Assembly (NCBI GenBank): GCA_963817895.1 | Contig: CAWFQB010000004.1 | Span: 800,001 to 864,000, forward strand | DNA from: an uncultured Chthonomonadaceae bacterium | GTDB taxonomy: Bacteria; Armatimonadota; Chthonomonadetes; Chthonomonadales; Chthonomonadaceae | Direction: 5' to 3' | DNA: 64,000 bases | In this document: positions 1-10,003 of the stretch, piece after piece | Layout of the letters: each line of letters starts with the position of its first letter | Position numbering within the stretch: position 1 is the stretch's first letter | Position numbers and translations under genes: made by a program | The notes under the pieces: model-generated | The model's database searches: none | Told to the model about the DNA's origin: nothing | The model's input: the letters and a program-made list of their open reading frames with translations, nothing else

Positions 1-281
1 TGCGAACCTCACTGAAAAATTATGCGATTGGCGTGTTGCTCACCGTTTGTTTGTTGAGCGCTTTATACAGTTAAAATATGTTAAGCCGGGGCGTGGCGTC
101 AGGCGAAAACCAGATCGGACGTTATCAACTAATCTCGGTGGGCAGCGCTATGAACCCCTTTGTCTACTTTCTGGACACGAAAACAGGGCAGTGCTGGATG
201 GCATATACCCCTGGCGATAGCGTGAAAAGAGAGGGCTGGCACAAAATAGAAACACCTGTAGATGCGAACAACAGGCAGTAG
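1..281 (+). CDS. Small exported hypothetical protein, 5' end at window edge, with an in-frame TAA at 72-74
   Basis: Frame 3 reads RTSLKNYAIGVLLTVCLLSALYS*NMLSRGVASGENQIGRYQL...: a signal-peptide-like segment in frame with ORF 78..281, separated by one stop. Either a pseudogene or a base error. Confidence 0.45.
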
Positions 282-349
282 CGCCGACAGGCAGAAGATT
301 TCGCCACTGCAAAGTTTGGCTGTATACAACAAGTTTTCAGGAATTCAAT

Positions 350-2935
350 TTGCTCACTTCTACTTTTCGTCATCGTCATCTGCTCGCTATCGTATCATTT
401 GTCGGCACCCTGTACGGTATGTTGAATTACAGCCACGCCTTAGCGCAGCAGGCGGTTCCTGTTGGTGTTTCCTCCCCGACACCCAATTTGCCGCCCTCCT
501 CGCTGCTGGATTTGAGCGGGAAGTTGGACAATGCGGTTGGAAAACGCGGTTTCGTCAGCGTCGGCAGCGACGGGCATTTTCATTATGAGGATGGAACCCG
601 CGCCCGCTTCTGGGGAATCAACGTCTCCTCGACGCGCCTGAACATTCCCAACGCGCAAATAGAGCAAGTCGTCACCAATTTTCAGCAAGCGGGGCTGAAC
701 ATGGCGCGCCTGGAAGCCATTGACAACCGCAACTGCCTGCTTGGAAGTCCTGACGCGCCCAACTCGCAGCATTTCGATCTGGCGTATTTAGATCGTTTGG
801 ATTACTGGATGGACTGCCTGCGGCGGCACGGCATGGCGTATTACCTCGACCTGCTGGATTTTCGCACCTTCAAAGCCGGGGACGGCGTTCTCAATGCCGA
901 ACAGATGGCGCGGGGAGCGCGTCCCTACGCGCTATTCGATCCCTATTTGATACAACTGCAAAAAGAGTATGCCAGTCGCCTGCTGCTGCACAAGAACCGC
1001 TATTCCGGGCTGATGCCGGTTGACGATCCCGCCTGCGCCCTTGTGGAAATCTGCAACGAACACGGTTTTTTCCTGTACGCCGAAAAATTGGAACAACTGG
1101 CGGAGCCGTACAATACCAATCTGCGAACTCGCTGGGGGCAGTGGCTCAGAGCGCGTTACGGGAGCCGCGACAAACTTGCAGCGCAGTGGGGACAAACGAA
1201 CGGCGTAAACGTCCTGCGCGACGAGGAAGACCCGGACAAGGGCAATGTAGACCTGCCCATACTGACGGGCGCGTTCTCTCCGCTTCCGCCCGGAATGGCC
1301 GACATTCGCCGCGCGCCCACCCGGATGCGCGACGGCGTAGAGTTTCTGTATCAGGTACAGCGCGGATATTTCCGAGAGATGAAGGCGCATTTACGAGCGA
1401 TTGGGCTGCGCTGCCCCGTGACGGCAGTGGTTTCCAATGGCTTGATTCCCGATGTGGCTTCGGTTGCGCAGGAGTGCGATTTCACCGCTGAAAACTGGTA
1501 TGGCGAAGGCGTAAACGCCGACCCGCGCTCTCCCGGCCTGCGCTACTATTCCAACCGCAACAGCATCCGCGATGACAGTCCGGGCGGGTTCGCGCCCTTT
1601 ACCGCCGCTCTGCGCTGGCAAAACAAGCCCGTCGTCGTGCGCGAATGGGCCACCACCTGGCCCAATCAGTATCGCGCCGTGTCGGTACCCGAAGCCCTCG
1701 CGTATGCCAGTTTGCAGGATTTTGATGCCGTGCTGCTGTTCGGCTACCAGACCAACCGCGCCCCCAACGGAGCCGAAGCCGACGTTCTCAACGATTTCGC
1801 GTTTCAGGTAGACCCGACAACCTGGGGATTGTACGCCCTTGCGGGACAGGCGTTTATGAACCGCGCCATCGCCCCCGCCAACCATCAGGTGACGTTCGCG
1901 TATCCGCCCGAACGCCTGTTCGATTGGCCCAATAATGCGGGCGAATTGTACCGGGCAGGCTGGTCGGTTCGCCTGAACAACGCCGCCGTCGCAAGCGCGA
2001 ATGTGAGCAGTATCGTTCCCACAAACGACGACAAAGACCTGGGCGCGCTGAAACGCTTGCTGAACGGATTGGGGCAGAATGGCGCTCCTGTCGGCAGCGG
2101 TTCGGTGAGCAGTCACGTATGGCGCAGCGATACCGGCCAGATCGTCCGCAATGTGGGGCAGGGGCGTCTGGAAATCAATACCCCGACCCTGCGCGTCCTG
2201 TCGGGGGATTTTTCGCCGGGGCAAACATACAGCCTGGGAGATTTACGTTTTTCTACACTCACGCCCTTCGGAACTCTGTTTGCGCTGTCGCTGGACGGCC
2301 TGCCCGTGGAACGCTCCCGGCATCTCATCGTGAAAATGGTGACGCGGGCCGACAATACGGGCCAGATTCTGGAAAGAGCGGCCCCCGGCTTTGTCGGCAA
2401 CTGGGTGCTGAACGATCCGGGCAAAGCCCCCGTAATCACCTTCGGACGCGCCGCCAATCTTCCGACCCGCGTATGGTTCGTTCAGGAGACGGGGAACAGA
2501 AAAGAAGAAAAGGAGAAAAGGAGAAAAGGAGAAAAGGAGAAGGAAAAGGGGAAAAGTCAATTACCAGCTACCAATCACCAGCCACCAATCACCCGCGAAC
2601 TGCTGTCGTTGTGGATGCTGGACGGAACGTGGGAGTTGGACATGGAGAATGGACGCGCGACGCTGGCTTGCGACACGCCCGGTATCAACGGATTGGCATT
2701 GGGGAGAACGTTTACCACGTCCGCGCAGGCTGTGGAGATGGCGGGATTGTCCGGCCTGCCGCTGTTCGCGCCACCTGCATTGCGGCCTGCCCTGCCCGTG
2801 AAAATCGCGTTGCTCAAGACAGTATCTCCCCTGCTCAAAGCCAAATCGCAAAATCCCAAACCGCAAAATCGCGCCGCGCTCACTTCGCGCTCTGCCGAAA
2901 CACTACAGCGTCCTTCCAAACGCTCTTTGCGCTGA
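350..2935 (+). CDS. Secreted clan GH-A glycoside hydrolase (GH5/GH42-like)
   Basis: Signal peptide; RFWGIN; acid/base motif EICNEHG; nucleophile-like PVVVREW; repeat-derived low-complexity insert near 2490-2595. Confidence 0.75.
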   Translation: MLTSTFRHRHLLAIVSFVGTLYGMLNYSHALAQQAVPVGVSSPTPNLPPSSLLDLSGKLDNAVGKRGFVSVGSDGHFHYEDGTRARFWGINVSSTRLNIPNAQIEQVVTNFQQAGLNMARLEAIDNRNCLLGSPDAPNSQHFDLAYLDRLDYWMDCLRRHGMAYYLDLLDFRTFKAGDGVLNAEQMARGARPYALFDPYLIQLQKEYASRLLLHKNRYSGLMPVDDPACALVEICNEHGFFLYAEKLEQLAEPYNTNLRTRWGQWLRARYGSRDKLAAQWGQTNGVNVLRDEEDPDKGNVDLPILTGAFSPLPPGMADIRRAPTRMRDGVEFLYQVQRGYFREMKAHLRAIGLRCPVTAVVSNGLIPDVASVAQECDFTAENWYGEGVNADPRSPGLRYYSNRNSIRDDSPGGFAPFTAALRWQNKPVVVREWATTWPNQYRAVSVPEALAYASLQDFDAVLLFGYQTNRAPNGAEADVLNDFAFQVDPTTWGLYALAGQAFMNRAIAPANHQVTFAYPPERLFDWPNNAGELYRAGWSVRLNNAAVASANVSSIVPTNDDKDLGALKRLLNGLGQNGAPVGSGSVSSHVWRSDTGQIVRNVGQGRLEINTPTLRVLSGDFSPGQTYSLGDLRFSTLTPFGTLFALSLDGLPVERSRHLIVKMVTRADNTGQILERAAPGFVGNWVLNDPGKAPVITFGRAANLPTRVWFVQETGNRKEEKEKRRKGEKEKEKGKSQLPATNHQPPITRELLSLWMLDGTWELDMENGRATLACDTPGINGLALGRTFTTSAQAVEMAGLSGLPLFAPPALRPALPVKIALLKTVSPLLKAKSQNPKPQNRAALTSRSAETLQRPSKRSLR

Positions 2936-3090
2936 AAAGCTTTTGCTGATGTAGCTGCCGCATTGGGTATACTGTAAGCGCGTTGTTTCCGGGCGTACAA
3001 CATCAAACTTTGTATTGTATGGTATTCTCATTCGCGTGTATTCGCGTTCATTCGCGGCTACTCTCTTTCTCTGTTTTTACAAGGAACTTC

Positions 3091-4038
3091 ATGCCCGACC
3101 CCACAGACGACGCCCCACAAACGGCCTCAACGCCGGACGCGCCCCAAGTACAGCAGGTAGAGCAGACGGGAACCGGTTTTCCGCTAATGCCTTCCCCGGC
3201 CTGTACCACACCGGCGGGAACGCCGTATCTGCGCGTTCCGGGCGTCGCCCTGCTGTCCAAACCCGATGTCAACGTCGCCAATCTGTCCGATTTTTTAGGC
3301 GGGTTCGCGCCCGAACTCCACTTCCTGCAGTATCTTGACGATCCAACCCCGCTTTCTCCCGCCGCGCAGTTGTGCAAAACAGCCGGACAATTATGTTACG
3401 CGAGTTTCGCCCCAAAGCGAACTATGAACGCCGACGCCGCCCGCTACTTCCGCAACATCATGGATAGCGGACACGGCAGCGTTCTGGAACACGCCAATTT
3501 TTCATTCGCGTTTTACGGTATTTCCCGTTCGGTAACGCATGAGTTGGTTCGGCATCGAGCAGGTTTTGGTTTTTCAATGGTGAGTCAGCGCTATGTGAGC
3601 GGGCGGGTATTGCGGTTTGTGGAACGGCCGGAGTACCAGAGCGACGCGCTGCTGCATGAGGCGTTTGAAAAACGTATTGATGGCGCGGCTGCCGATTATG
3701 AACAGGTTGCGGAACGGCTGCTGGCGCAGCAAAAAGCGGGGGATGAACTGCTGTCGGGCGAGGCGAAAACCGATCTGCGCAAAAAGGTGCAGCAGGCGGC
3801 TCGCAGCGTTCTGCCCAACGAAACCGAAGCGCCCATTGTCGTGACCGGTAACGTTCGCGCCTGGCGACACTTTCTGGAGATGCGCGCCAATTTGCATGCC
3901 GAAACGGAAATCCGCGCCCTCGCGTTCCGAACTTATCTTTGCCTGCTTGCCGTTGAGCCAATGTTATTTGGCGACTATCGCGCCATTCGACTGCCGGATG
4001 GAACAAACGCTGTGGAAACGGATTACCAAAAAATATAA
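3091..4038 (+). CDS. thyX: Flavin-dependent thymidylate synthase
   Basis: GHGSVLEH, ThyX signature THELVRHRAGFGFSMVSQRY, ARSVLP, NVRAWRHFLEMR; AAGGA RBS before ATG 3091. Confidence 0.93.
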   Translation: MPDPTDDAPQTASTPDAPQVQQVEQTGTGFPLMPSPACTTPAGTPYLRVPGVALLSKPDVNVANLSDFLGGFAPELHFLQYLDDPTPLSPAAQLCKTAGQLCYASFAPKRTMNADAARYFRNIMDSGHGSVLEHANFSFAFYGISRSVTHELVRHRAGFGFSMVSQRYVSGRVLRFVERPEYQSDALLHEAFEKRIDGAAADYEQVAERLLAQQKAGDELLSGEAKTDLRKKVQQAARSVLPNETEAPIVVTGNVRAWRHFLEMRANLHAETEIRALAFRTYLCLLAVEPMLFGDYRAIRLPDGTNAVETDYQKI

Positions 4039-4127
4039 CTAATGATATAAAAACGTGGCGCAAACGCTGACATCAGGGTAAATTGCCTGTGATTGCCAAA
4101 ATCAGGTATCAATGCGGGAGAAAAGGC

Positions 4128-4156
4128 TTGATTTTTTCTCAGAAAACGTGTACTAT
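4128..4156 (+). promoter_or_regulatory. Sigma70-like promoter
   Basis: TTGATT-N17-TACTAT upstream of the small ORF and oxidoreductase. Confidence 0.5.
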
Positions 4157-4261
4157 GAAATAAGTAATTTTCGCAGGCATATTTGCATGCGTCCGCTTCT
4201 GCTTTCGGCGCGGTGAACTCAGCCCGACGGAGCAACGTAACCCAAAGGGGCCATACGTCCG

Positions 4262-4504
4262 ATGTTAGACCGTCCACTCTTTTTCCAACTACTGCTCTGC
4301 TTGTGTGGCGTGCATCAGAACCCGCCGCCGCGTGACCCACCCGGTCCCGTGGTCGCGTTCTGCCCCTGCTGCCAACGAAAATGGCTCTACTATTTTGGCG
4401 GAATGGCAAGCGTGAACTATGCCGTCCCAACTCTGCTCTTGCCTAATTTTCCGCGCGTGATTGGACCCATCTCCAATCAATACGCGAATGCGCTGACGAT
4501 CTGA
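4262..4504 (+). CDS. Small Cys/His-rich hypothetical protein
   Basis: 80 aa with LLCLCGVH...CPCC; ends 11 nt before the next ATG. Confidence 0.4.
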   Translation: MLDRPLFFQLLLCLCGVHQNPPPRDPPGPVVAFCPCCQRKWLYYFGGMASVNYAVPTLLLPNFPRVIGPISNQYANALTI

Positions 4505-4515
4505 CGGAACTATTT

Positions 4516-5736
4516 ATGTCCGATCCCCATTTGGAGGCGAGCCGCCCTGCGCTCGCCTCTATGTCATTTGTACGCCCGGTCCTGCGTCTGGGCATCATCG
4601 GGTGCGCCATTGGGCGTTCGCGCTACCATGCCGCGATACAGGCCAGTCCCTTCCTGCAAGTGGCCGGACTTGCCGATGAAGACGAACGTTATACCCGCAT
4701 CTGGGCGCGCGACCTGGGCAGCCGTACCCCCGCCTATGCAAGCGTATCCGCCCTGCTGGAACATGCCGACACCTTCGACGCTGTATTGATTGCCTCCCCT
4801 CTTTCCGAACGCCCTGCGCATCTGGCAGGCGCGCTGAAAACAGGCAGGCCCATTTTATGTGAAGCACCGTTTGCCCTCGCGCTTACCGAAGTGGAAACCC
4901 TGAACCAACAGGCGCGGGACAATTCTGTTCTATTGTTGCCCGCCCTTCCTCGCCGTTTCGATCCCTGGTTTCAAGCCGCCGCGCGGCAGTTGCAGTCCGG
5001 CGCTATTGGAGCAGTCACGCAAATTCGCTGCCACTGGAGTTTTCCCATTGAGAATGTGGACGTTACCGAAGATGTCATCACGGGTGGCTGGAACGCCCTG
5101 ATGCAGATGCTGGGCAGTCAGACAGCGGATGTGTGCCGCTGGTGGCAGGGCAATGGCCTTGCGGTCAGCGGCGACGTGGATTTACCGGAATTGCGCGGGG
5201 AGAAGCGTACGGGTGGGCGACTGCCGGGGGAACGCGCGCTGGCGAACCTGATCGTCACGCACGAGCAGGGGCAATCCACGCACCATTTATCACGGACGCG
5301 GGGCGTACAGCCTGACGAGCGCTATCTGTTCAGCGGCGCGACGGGAAGCATGGAACTGATTGTCACGGCGGGCGCGTCCGGCGCATCGGCTTCCGCGCCC
5401 CTGCTGCGCGTCCAGCAAGCGGGCGAAAAGTTTCAAACCGTTCGCGTAAGTACCGCGCCTGCCCCGGACAGCCGAACAGCGCTATCCCCCGCCGTGTCTC
5501 GTATTCAAAATCTGCTGCGGCATTTTGCAGATTGCGTTCAGAGTGGCGAAACGCCGCAGGTAACACCCGATGACGCCCGACACGCTCTGGAAATCATTCA
5601 GGCGGCCTACCTTTCCACGCAGGACAAAATTCAAAATCAGCCTGCCTCTGCGCCGCGCCCCCGACATTCGGCAAATGTTGCTGTCACCCGGCGCATCCTT
5701 TCCCGCTCTGCCCCCCTCCCTGTAACTCTTCCCTGA
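4516..5736 (+). CDS. Gfo/Idh/MocA family oxidoreductase
   Basis: LRLGIIGC Rossmann start, ILCEAPFA (EKP-like), C-terminal HFADCV...ALEIIQAAYLS; probable frameshift in the last ~35 codons. Confidence 0.8.
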   Translation: MSDPHLEASRPALASMSFVRPVLRLGIIGCAIGRSRYHAAIQASPFLQVAGLADEDERYTRIWARDLGSRTPAYASVSALLEHADTFDAVLIASPLSERPAHLAGALKTGRPILCEAPFALALTEVETLNQQARDNSVLLLPALPRRFDPWFQAAARQLQSGAIGAVTQIRCHWSFPIENVDVTEDVITGGWNALMQMLGSQTADVCRWWQGNGLAVSGDVDLPELRGEKRTGGRLPGERALANLIVTHEQGQSTHHLSRTRGVQPDERYLFSGATGSMELIVTAGASGASASAPLLRVQQAGEKFQTVRVSTAPAPDSRTALSPAVSRIQNLLRHFADCVQSGETPQVTPDDARHALEIIQAAYLSTQDKIQNQPASAPRPRHSANVAVTRRILSRSAPLPVTLP

Positions 5737-5841
5737 CTAACGAAATATTAACGACAAAAACGTTTGCGTATTTGTACGCTAAAAGGTATACTGCTGGCAC
5801 GAGTCATTTTTGCTGCAATTTTTGCTAACAGTAGGGAAGCC

Positions 5842-8800
5842 ATGCTGCATGAACCCTGGCGCATACGACTGTTAGGTGGTCTGCGCCTGCAACAACAATC
5901 AACCACTGTGGAGCGGTTTCGGACGCGCAAAGCCGCCGCCCTGCTTGCGTATCTCGCCTTCTATTCGCATCGGCAACATTCCCGCGAAGAGTTGGCGGAA
6001 CTGTTCTGGCCAGATGAGAACCACAGCGCGGAGGCGAAAGCGCACAATCTGAATCAGGCCCTGTCCACCCTGCGCCGGTATCTGGAACCCACGCCCGATG
6101 ACAAAGGAACCGTGCTGCGCTCTACCCATACGCATATTGCCCTGAGCTGGGAAGCAATCGTTGTGGATGTGGCGGAATTTGAAGCGGCTATCCGCCTTGC
6201 GGCGCGAAGTTCAGACGTTTTGGAGCGCGGCAGGCATCTTGCGCGGGCGGTTTCTCTGTATGCGGGGGATTTACTGCCCGGTATGTATGAGGAATGGGCG
6301 CTGATGGAGCGGGAGCGCCTGCGGGAGCAGTACACGCAAACGCTGCTGCAATTGGCCGAGCATAGCGGCGAACAGGGCAAATTCGTGTCCTCGCCGCTTC
6401 CGTCTGCTCCACCCCTTCTGCCTGCGTTACCGGCTTCTCTGTCCGCAACTGTTTCTCCGATAGAGGAGGTGGCGCAAACGCCCGCTCCTATCACGCGCCT
6501 TCCCCTCACCCTGACTGCCTTCTTCGGGCGCGAAACAGAAATGCGGCAGACCGCTAAAATTTTAGAAGTCTGCGCGTTTACTGACGTTCACGGGCGCGGG
6601 CGGCAGTGGCAAAACGCGGCTTGCCATTGAAATCGGGCGCGATCAATCCGCGCGTTTTGGCGTGATTGTTTTTGTGGCTCTGGCCGAAGTCGCCAACTCC
6701 CTCGATCTGTTGCCTGCTGTTGCCGACGCGCTTGCTGCCGCTTGCCATCAACGCGCAACTGTTCCCGCGCCCGCTTCCACTGCCGGTCAGGACGTGTTGA
6801 CGCAAATTCAAACGCTGCTTTCCACTCGCCGCGCTCTGCTGATACTGGACAACTTTGAACATCTTGTCGAAGCCGCGCCGTCCGTGCCGGAATTGCTGGC
6901 CGCCTGTCCCCTGCTGTCGTGCCTGATAACCTCGCGCTGTTCGCTGCATCTGAACGGGGAACATGTCCTTGCCGTCGCGCCGTTTCCGCTTCCCGAAGAC
7001 ATACTTGACCTTGACGAACTTAAAACCCGGCCCTCCATTCAGTTGTTTCTCAATCGGGCGCAGGCGGTACGCTCGGATTTTCGGCTCACTTCCCATAACG
7101 CGCCCCTTCTGGCAGGGTTGTGCGGCGACCTGGACGGTCTGCCCCTTGCGCTGGAACTGGCGGCTGCGCGTATCGGCACGTTTACCCTTTCGGAAATGCG
7201 GCAGCAACTCGCGGACGGCAAACAGCGCTTTCAGTTGCTCGTGTCCCGGCATCGGGATACGCATCATCGCCACCACAGCCTGACTGCGACCCTGGGCTGG
7301 AGTTACTGCCAGTTATCGCCCGCGCAGCAACGGTTTTTTGCCCGACTCTCCCTGCTGCGCGGCGATTGGAATTCAGACGCGGCCCATGCTGTCGGCGGCT
7401 TTGCCCGCAAACAGGACACGGGGGACGCGCTGGAACATCTCTGCTCTGCTTCGCTGATTGTAACGAATACGAGAGAACGTGAAAATGATGATTCTGCCGA
7501 ATCCGCCTTCTGCCTGCTGGAAACCATGCGGCAGTTCGGACAACAGCAATTAACGCCGGAGGATGCGGCAGAGGCTGCGCTTTATCAGGCGCAGTTTTAT
7601 TTACGGCAGGCGGAAACTCATTCTGCGGGCAGCGACGCGGAAAGGGAAAACGCCTGGTTTGCCCGCATGGAGCAGGCCTCGCCGAATCTACGCGCGGCTC
7701 TGGATTGGTGCTTCGGGCTGGAGGGCGACAGGGCGTTGGGAACGCGCCTGTGCATTGCCCTGACTCGCTTCTGGTTTTATCGCTGTCACTATGCGGAGGG
7801 ATTGCGCTATTTCACCCTTGCGCTTGCCGCCGAGGTCGGTCATCAGTACCCCGCTTTACGAGCGGACTCGCTGCACGGCGCGGCCCTGTTCTCCGCTCGC
7901 CTGAACCACTACGAGGATGCGGTGGCATGGGCGCAGGCGTGTTTGCAATTGCGGCGGGAAAGCGGCGACAGGGGCAAAATCGCAAATTGCCTGCAAAACC
8001 TCGCGCACTACATCTGGTGTCTGCACAATCCAACGGCTGCGGAAACGTGCCACCGGGAAGCTCTTGCCCTGTATGAAGAAATGGGAGATTTAGAAGGAAT
8101 TGGCCGGGGGTATGGCGGTCTGGGCGCAATCGCGGAGAACCGGGGCAACGTTGCAAGCGCGGAACACTGGCGACTTCGGCATCTTGGTATCGCCCGACAA
8201 AGCGGCAATGCTTACGCCATAGCCTGCGCCCTGGTCAGTCTTTCCGGCCTTGCCGCCTGTCAGGAGCAATGGGCGCGAGCAAAATCCTTTGCTGAAGAGG
8301 CGTTCGCCATTCACGAGACGCGCCGTGACGAGTATCAGATGGCATACGCCCGCATGGGGCTGGCGCGCGCCTGCCTGGGCATGGACGAATGGGAGGAAGC
8401 GGAAACGCATTTGCAGGCGGCTGCTGCCACGCTGGAACGGTTGGGCGACCGGAGCGGACTGGCGGGCGCGCATCGCTGGCGGGCGGAACTGTATCGGAAG
8501 CAGGACAAACCCGATATGGCGCGGATTCATTTACAGAAATGCTTCATGCTGCTTCTGCAACTTCAGGAGCCGTTGAGCATCGGCAAAATCGCCGAACAGT
8601 GGATTGTACGAACCTTCGACCCTGCCGACGCGCCCCGCCTGCTGCCCCTGCTGTCCGCGCTGGACGCGCAGCAAACGGTCGAACCCTACCGCCGCTACCC
8701 GCTCGAACAGCGTTACCGGGACGCCTGCATCGCAAAAGCAAAAAATCTCCTCGGCGCGGCTTCCTTTCAGCGGGCCTGGGACAAAGGCCGCGCGATGGCC

Positions 8801-8905
8801 TGGAACAAAGCGCTGGGCCTGATACTGACTCTGCGCTGCGTTTTCGCCTTTCTCCTGTTCAATGCGGACTTTCTCAATTGCGGCCTTTACGATTTTAGCG
8901 CATAA
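5842..8905 (+). CDS. AfsR/SARP-type STAND regulator (winged HTH, partial BTAD, NB-ARC-like ATPase, TPR); frameshift near 6570
   Basis: WRIRLLGGL...KAAALLAYLA; after the shift, Walker A LTFTGAGGSGKTRLA, Walker B LLILDNFEHL, LDGLPLALELAAAR and TPR repeats. Confidence 0.88.
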
Positions 8906-8955
8906 ACCGGCGTTTGCTCCTCCGCCGCGTATCGTCAAATTCTCTTGATTCGTTT

Positions 8956-8989
8956 TGTTGACGTTCTGTTGACGCTGCCCTGCTAAACT
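8956..8989 (+). promoter_or_regulatory. Putative SARP/OmpR-type activated promoter
   Basis: TGTTGACG at 8956 and 8967 (11-bp period); -10-like TAAACT at 8984. Confidence 0.6.
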
Positions 8990-9021
8990 ACCGGTGTTGT
9001 ATCATTTATTTTCCTTGCTGC

Positions 9022-9052
9022 GCCGGTTCGTCAGTCGAACCGGCCTTTTTTT
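9022..9052 (+). terminator. Rho-independent terminator
   Basis: GCCGGTTCG-tcagt-CGAACCGGC stem followed by a T7 tract. Confidence 0.8.
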
Positions 9053-9079
9053 GCCCTCTGCGTCTGCTTTGTATCAGCT

Positions 9080-10003
9080 TTAACGTTCCCCGCCCTCGTA
9101 ATACACCCATCGCGCCGAGGTTTTGAACACGATAAACGACGCTATCAGCGTGAGGACGAATAGCGCCCAGGCCATCGCGCAGGCGTAGCCCATGCGGAAA
9201 TACTGGAAAGCGTTCTGGTACAGGTACAGCGCGTAGAACAGGGTGCTTTTCGCTGGCCCGCCCGCGCCGCCCGTCATCACGAATGCCTGCGTGAAATACT
9301 GGAACGTGCCGATTACGCTCAAAATCAAGTTAAAGAAAATCACGGGCGAAATGGCGGGCAGAGTGACGTGGCGCAGTTTGTCCCAACCCGTCGCGCCGTC
9401 CAGTTCAGCCGCTTCATATAGATGCGCGGGTACGCCCTGCAACGCGGCCAGATAGATAATCATGCTGCCGCCCACGCCCCACAAATCCATGACAATAAAG
9501 CCGGGTTTGGCCCAGCTTCGATCCGAAAGCCAGCCGGGAGCGGGCAGATGCAGCCATGCCAGACTCTTATTTACCAGCCCGTATTCCGGGTTGAGCAGCC
9601 ACAGCCACAAGATGGCCGAAGCGACGGTCGGCACAACAGACGGAATATAGTACAGGGTTCGGAACCACGCCATGCCGCGCAATTTGAGATTAAGCAGCAG
9701 GGCAATCGCCAGTCCGATTACAAGGCCGATGGGCAGTTCCAGAAACATGAACAGCGTATTCCACAGGCTTGGCAGAAAATAGTCGTGGTCGGTGAACAAA
9801 TCCACATAGTTGCGAACGCCCACCCAGCGCGGCGGCGTCAGTACGCGATAATCGCAAAAACTGTAGTACAGCGAGGCAAGAATAGGGTACAGCGTGAAAA
9901 TCAAAAATCCTATCAGCCAGGGCGACACGAACGCAAGGCCGAGCCAGGGGATTTTCGATTTTCGATTTTCGATTTTCGACTGCATCACGTTCGATTGTCT
10001 CAA
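9080..10003 (-). CDS. Carbohydrate ABC transporter permease (MalF/UgpA type)
   Basis: EAA motif LYEAAELDGA, FVSPWLIGFLIFT, multiple TM segments. Confidence 0.92.
   Translation of the reverse strand: MRQSNVMQSKIENRKSKIPWLGLAFVSPWLIGFLIFTLYPILASLYYSFCDYRVLTPPRWVGVRNYVDLFTDHDYFLPSLWNTLFMFLELPIGLVIGLAIALLLNLKLRGMAWFRTLYYIPSVVPTVASAILWLWLLNPEYGLVNKSLAWLHLPAPGWLSDRSWAKPGFIVMDLWGVGGSMIIYLAALQGVPAHLYEAAELDGATGWDKLRHVTLPAISPVIFFNLILSVIGTFQYFTQAFVMTGGAGGPAKSTLFYALYLYQNAFQYFRMGYACAMAWALFVLTLIASFIVFKTSARWVYYEGGER

Noticed and set aside
4210..4245. Similarity to SRP RNA helix 8 or a glutamine-II riboswitch
   Set aside because: Lacks the GNRA tetraloop with full CAGG/AGCA geometry and lacks the downstream CTGAG pseudoknot partner
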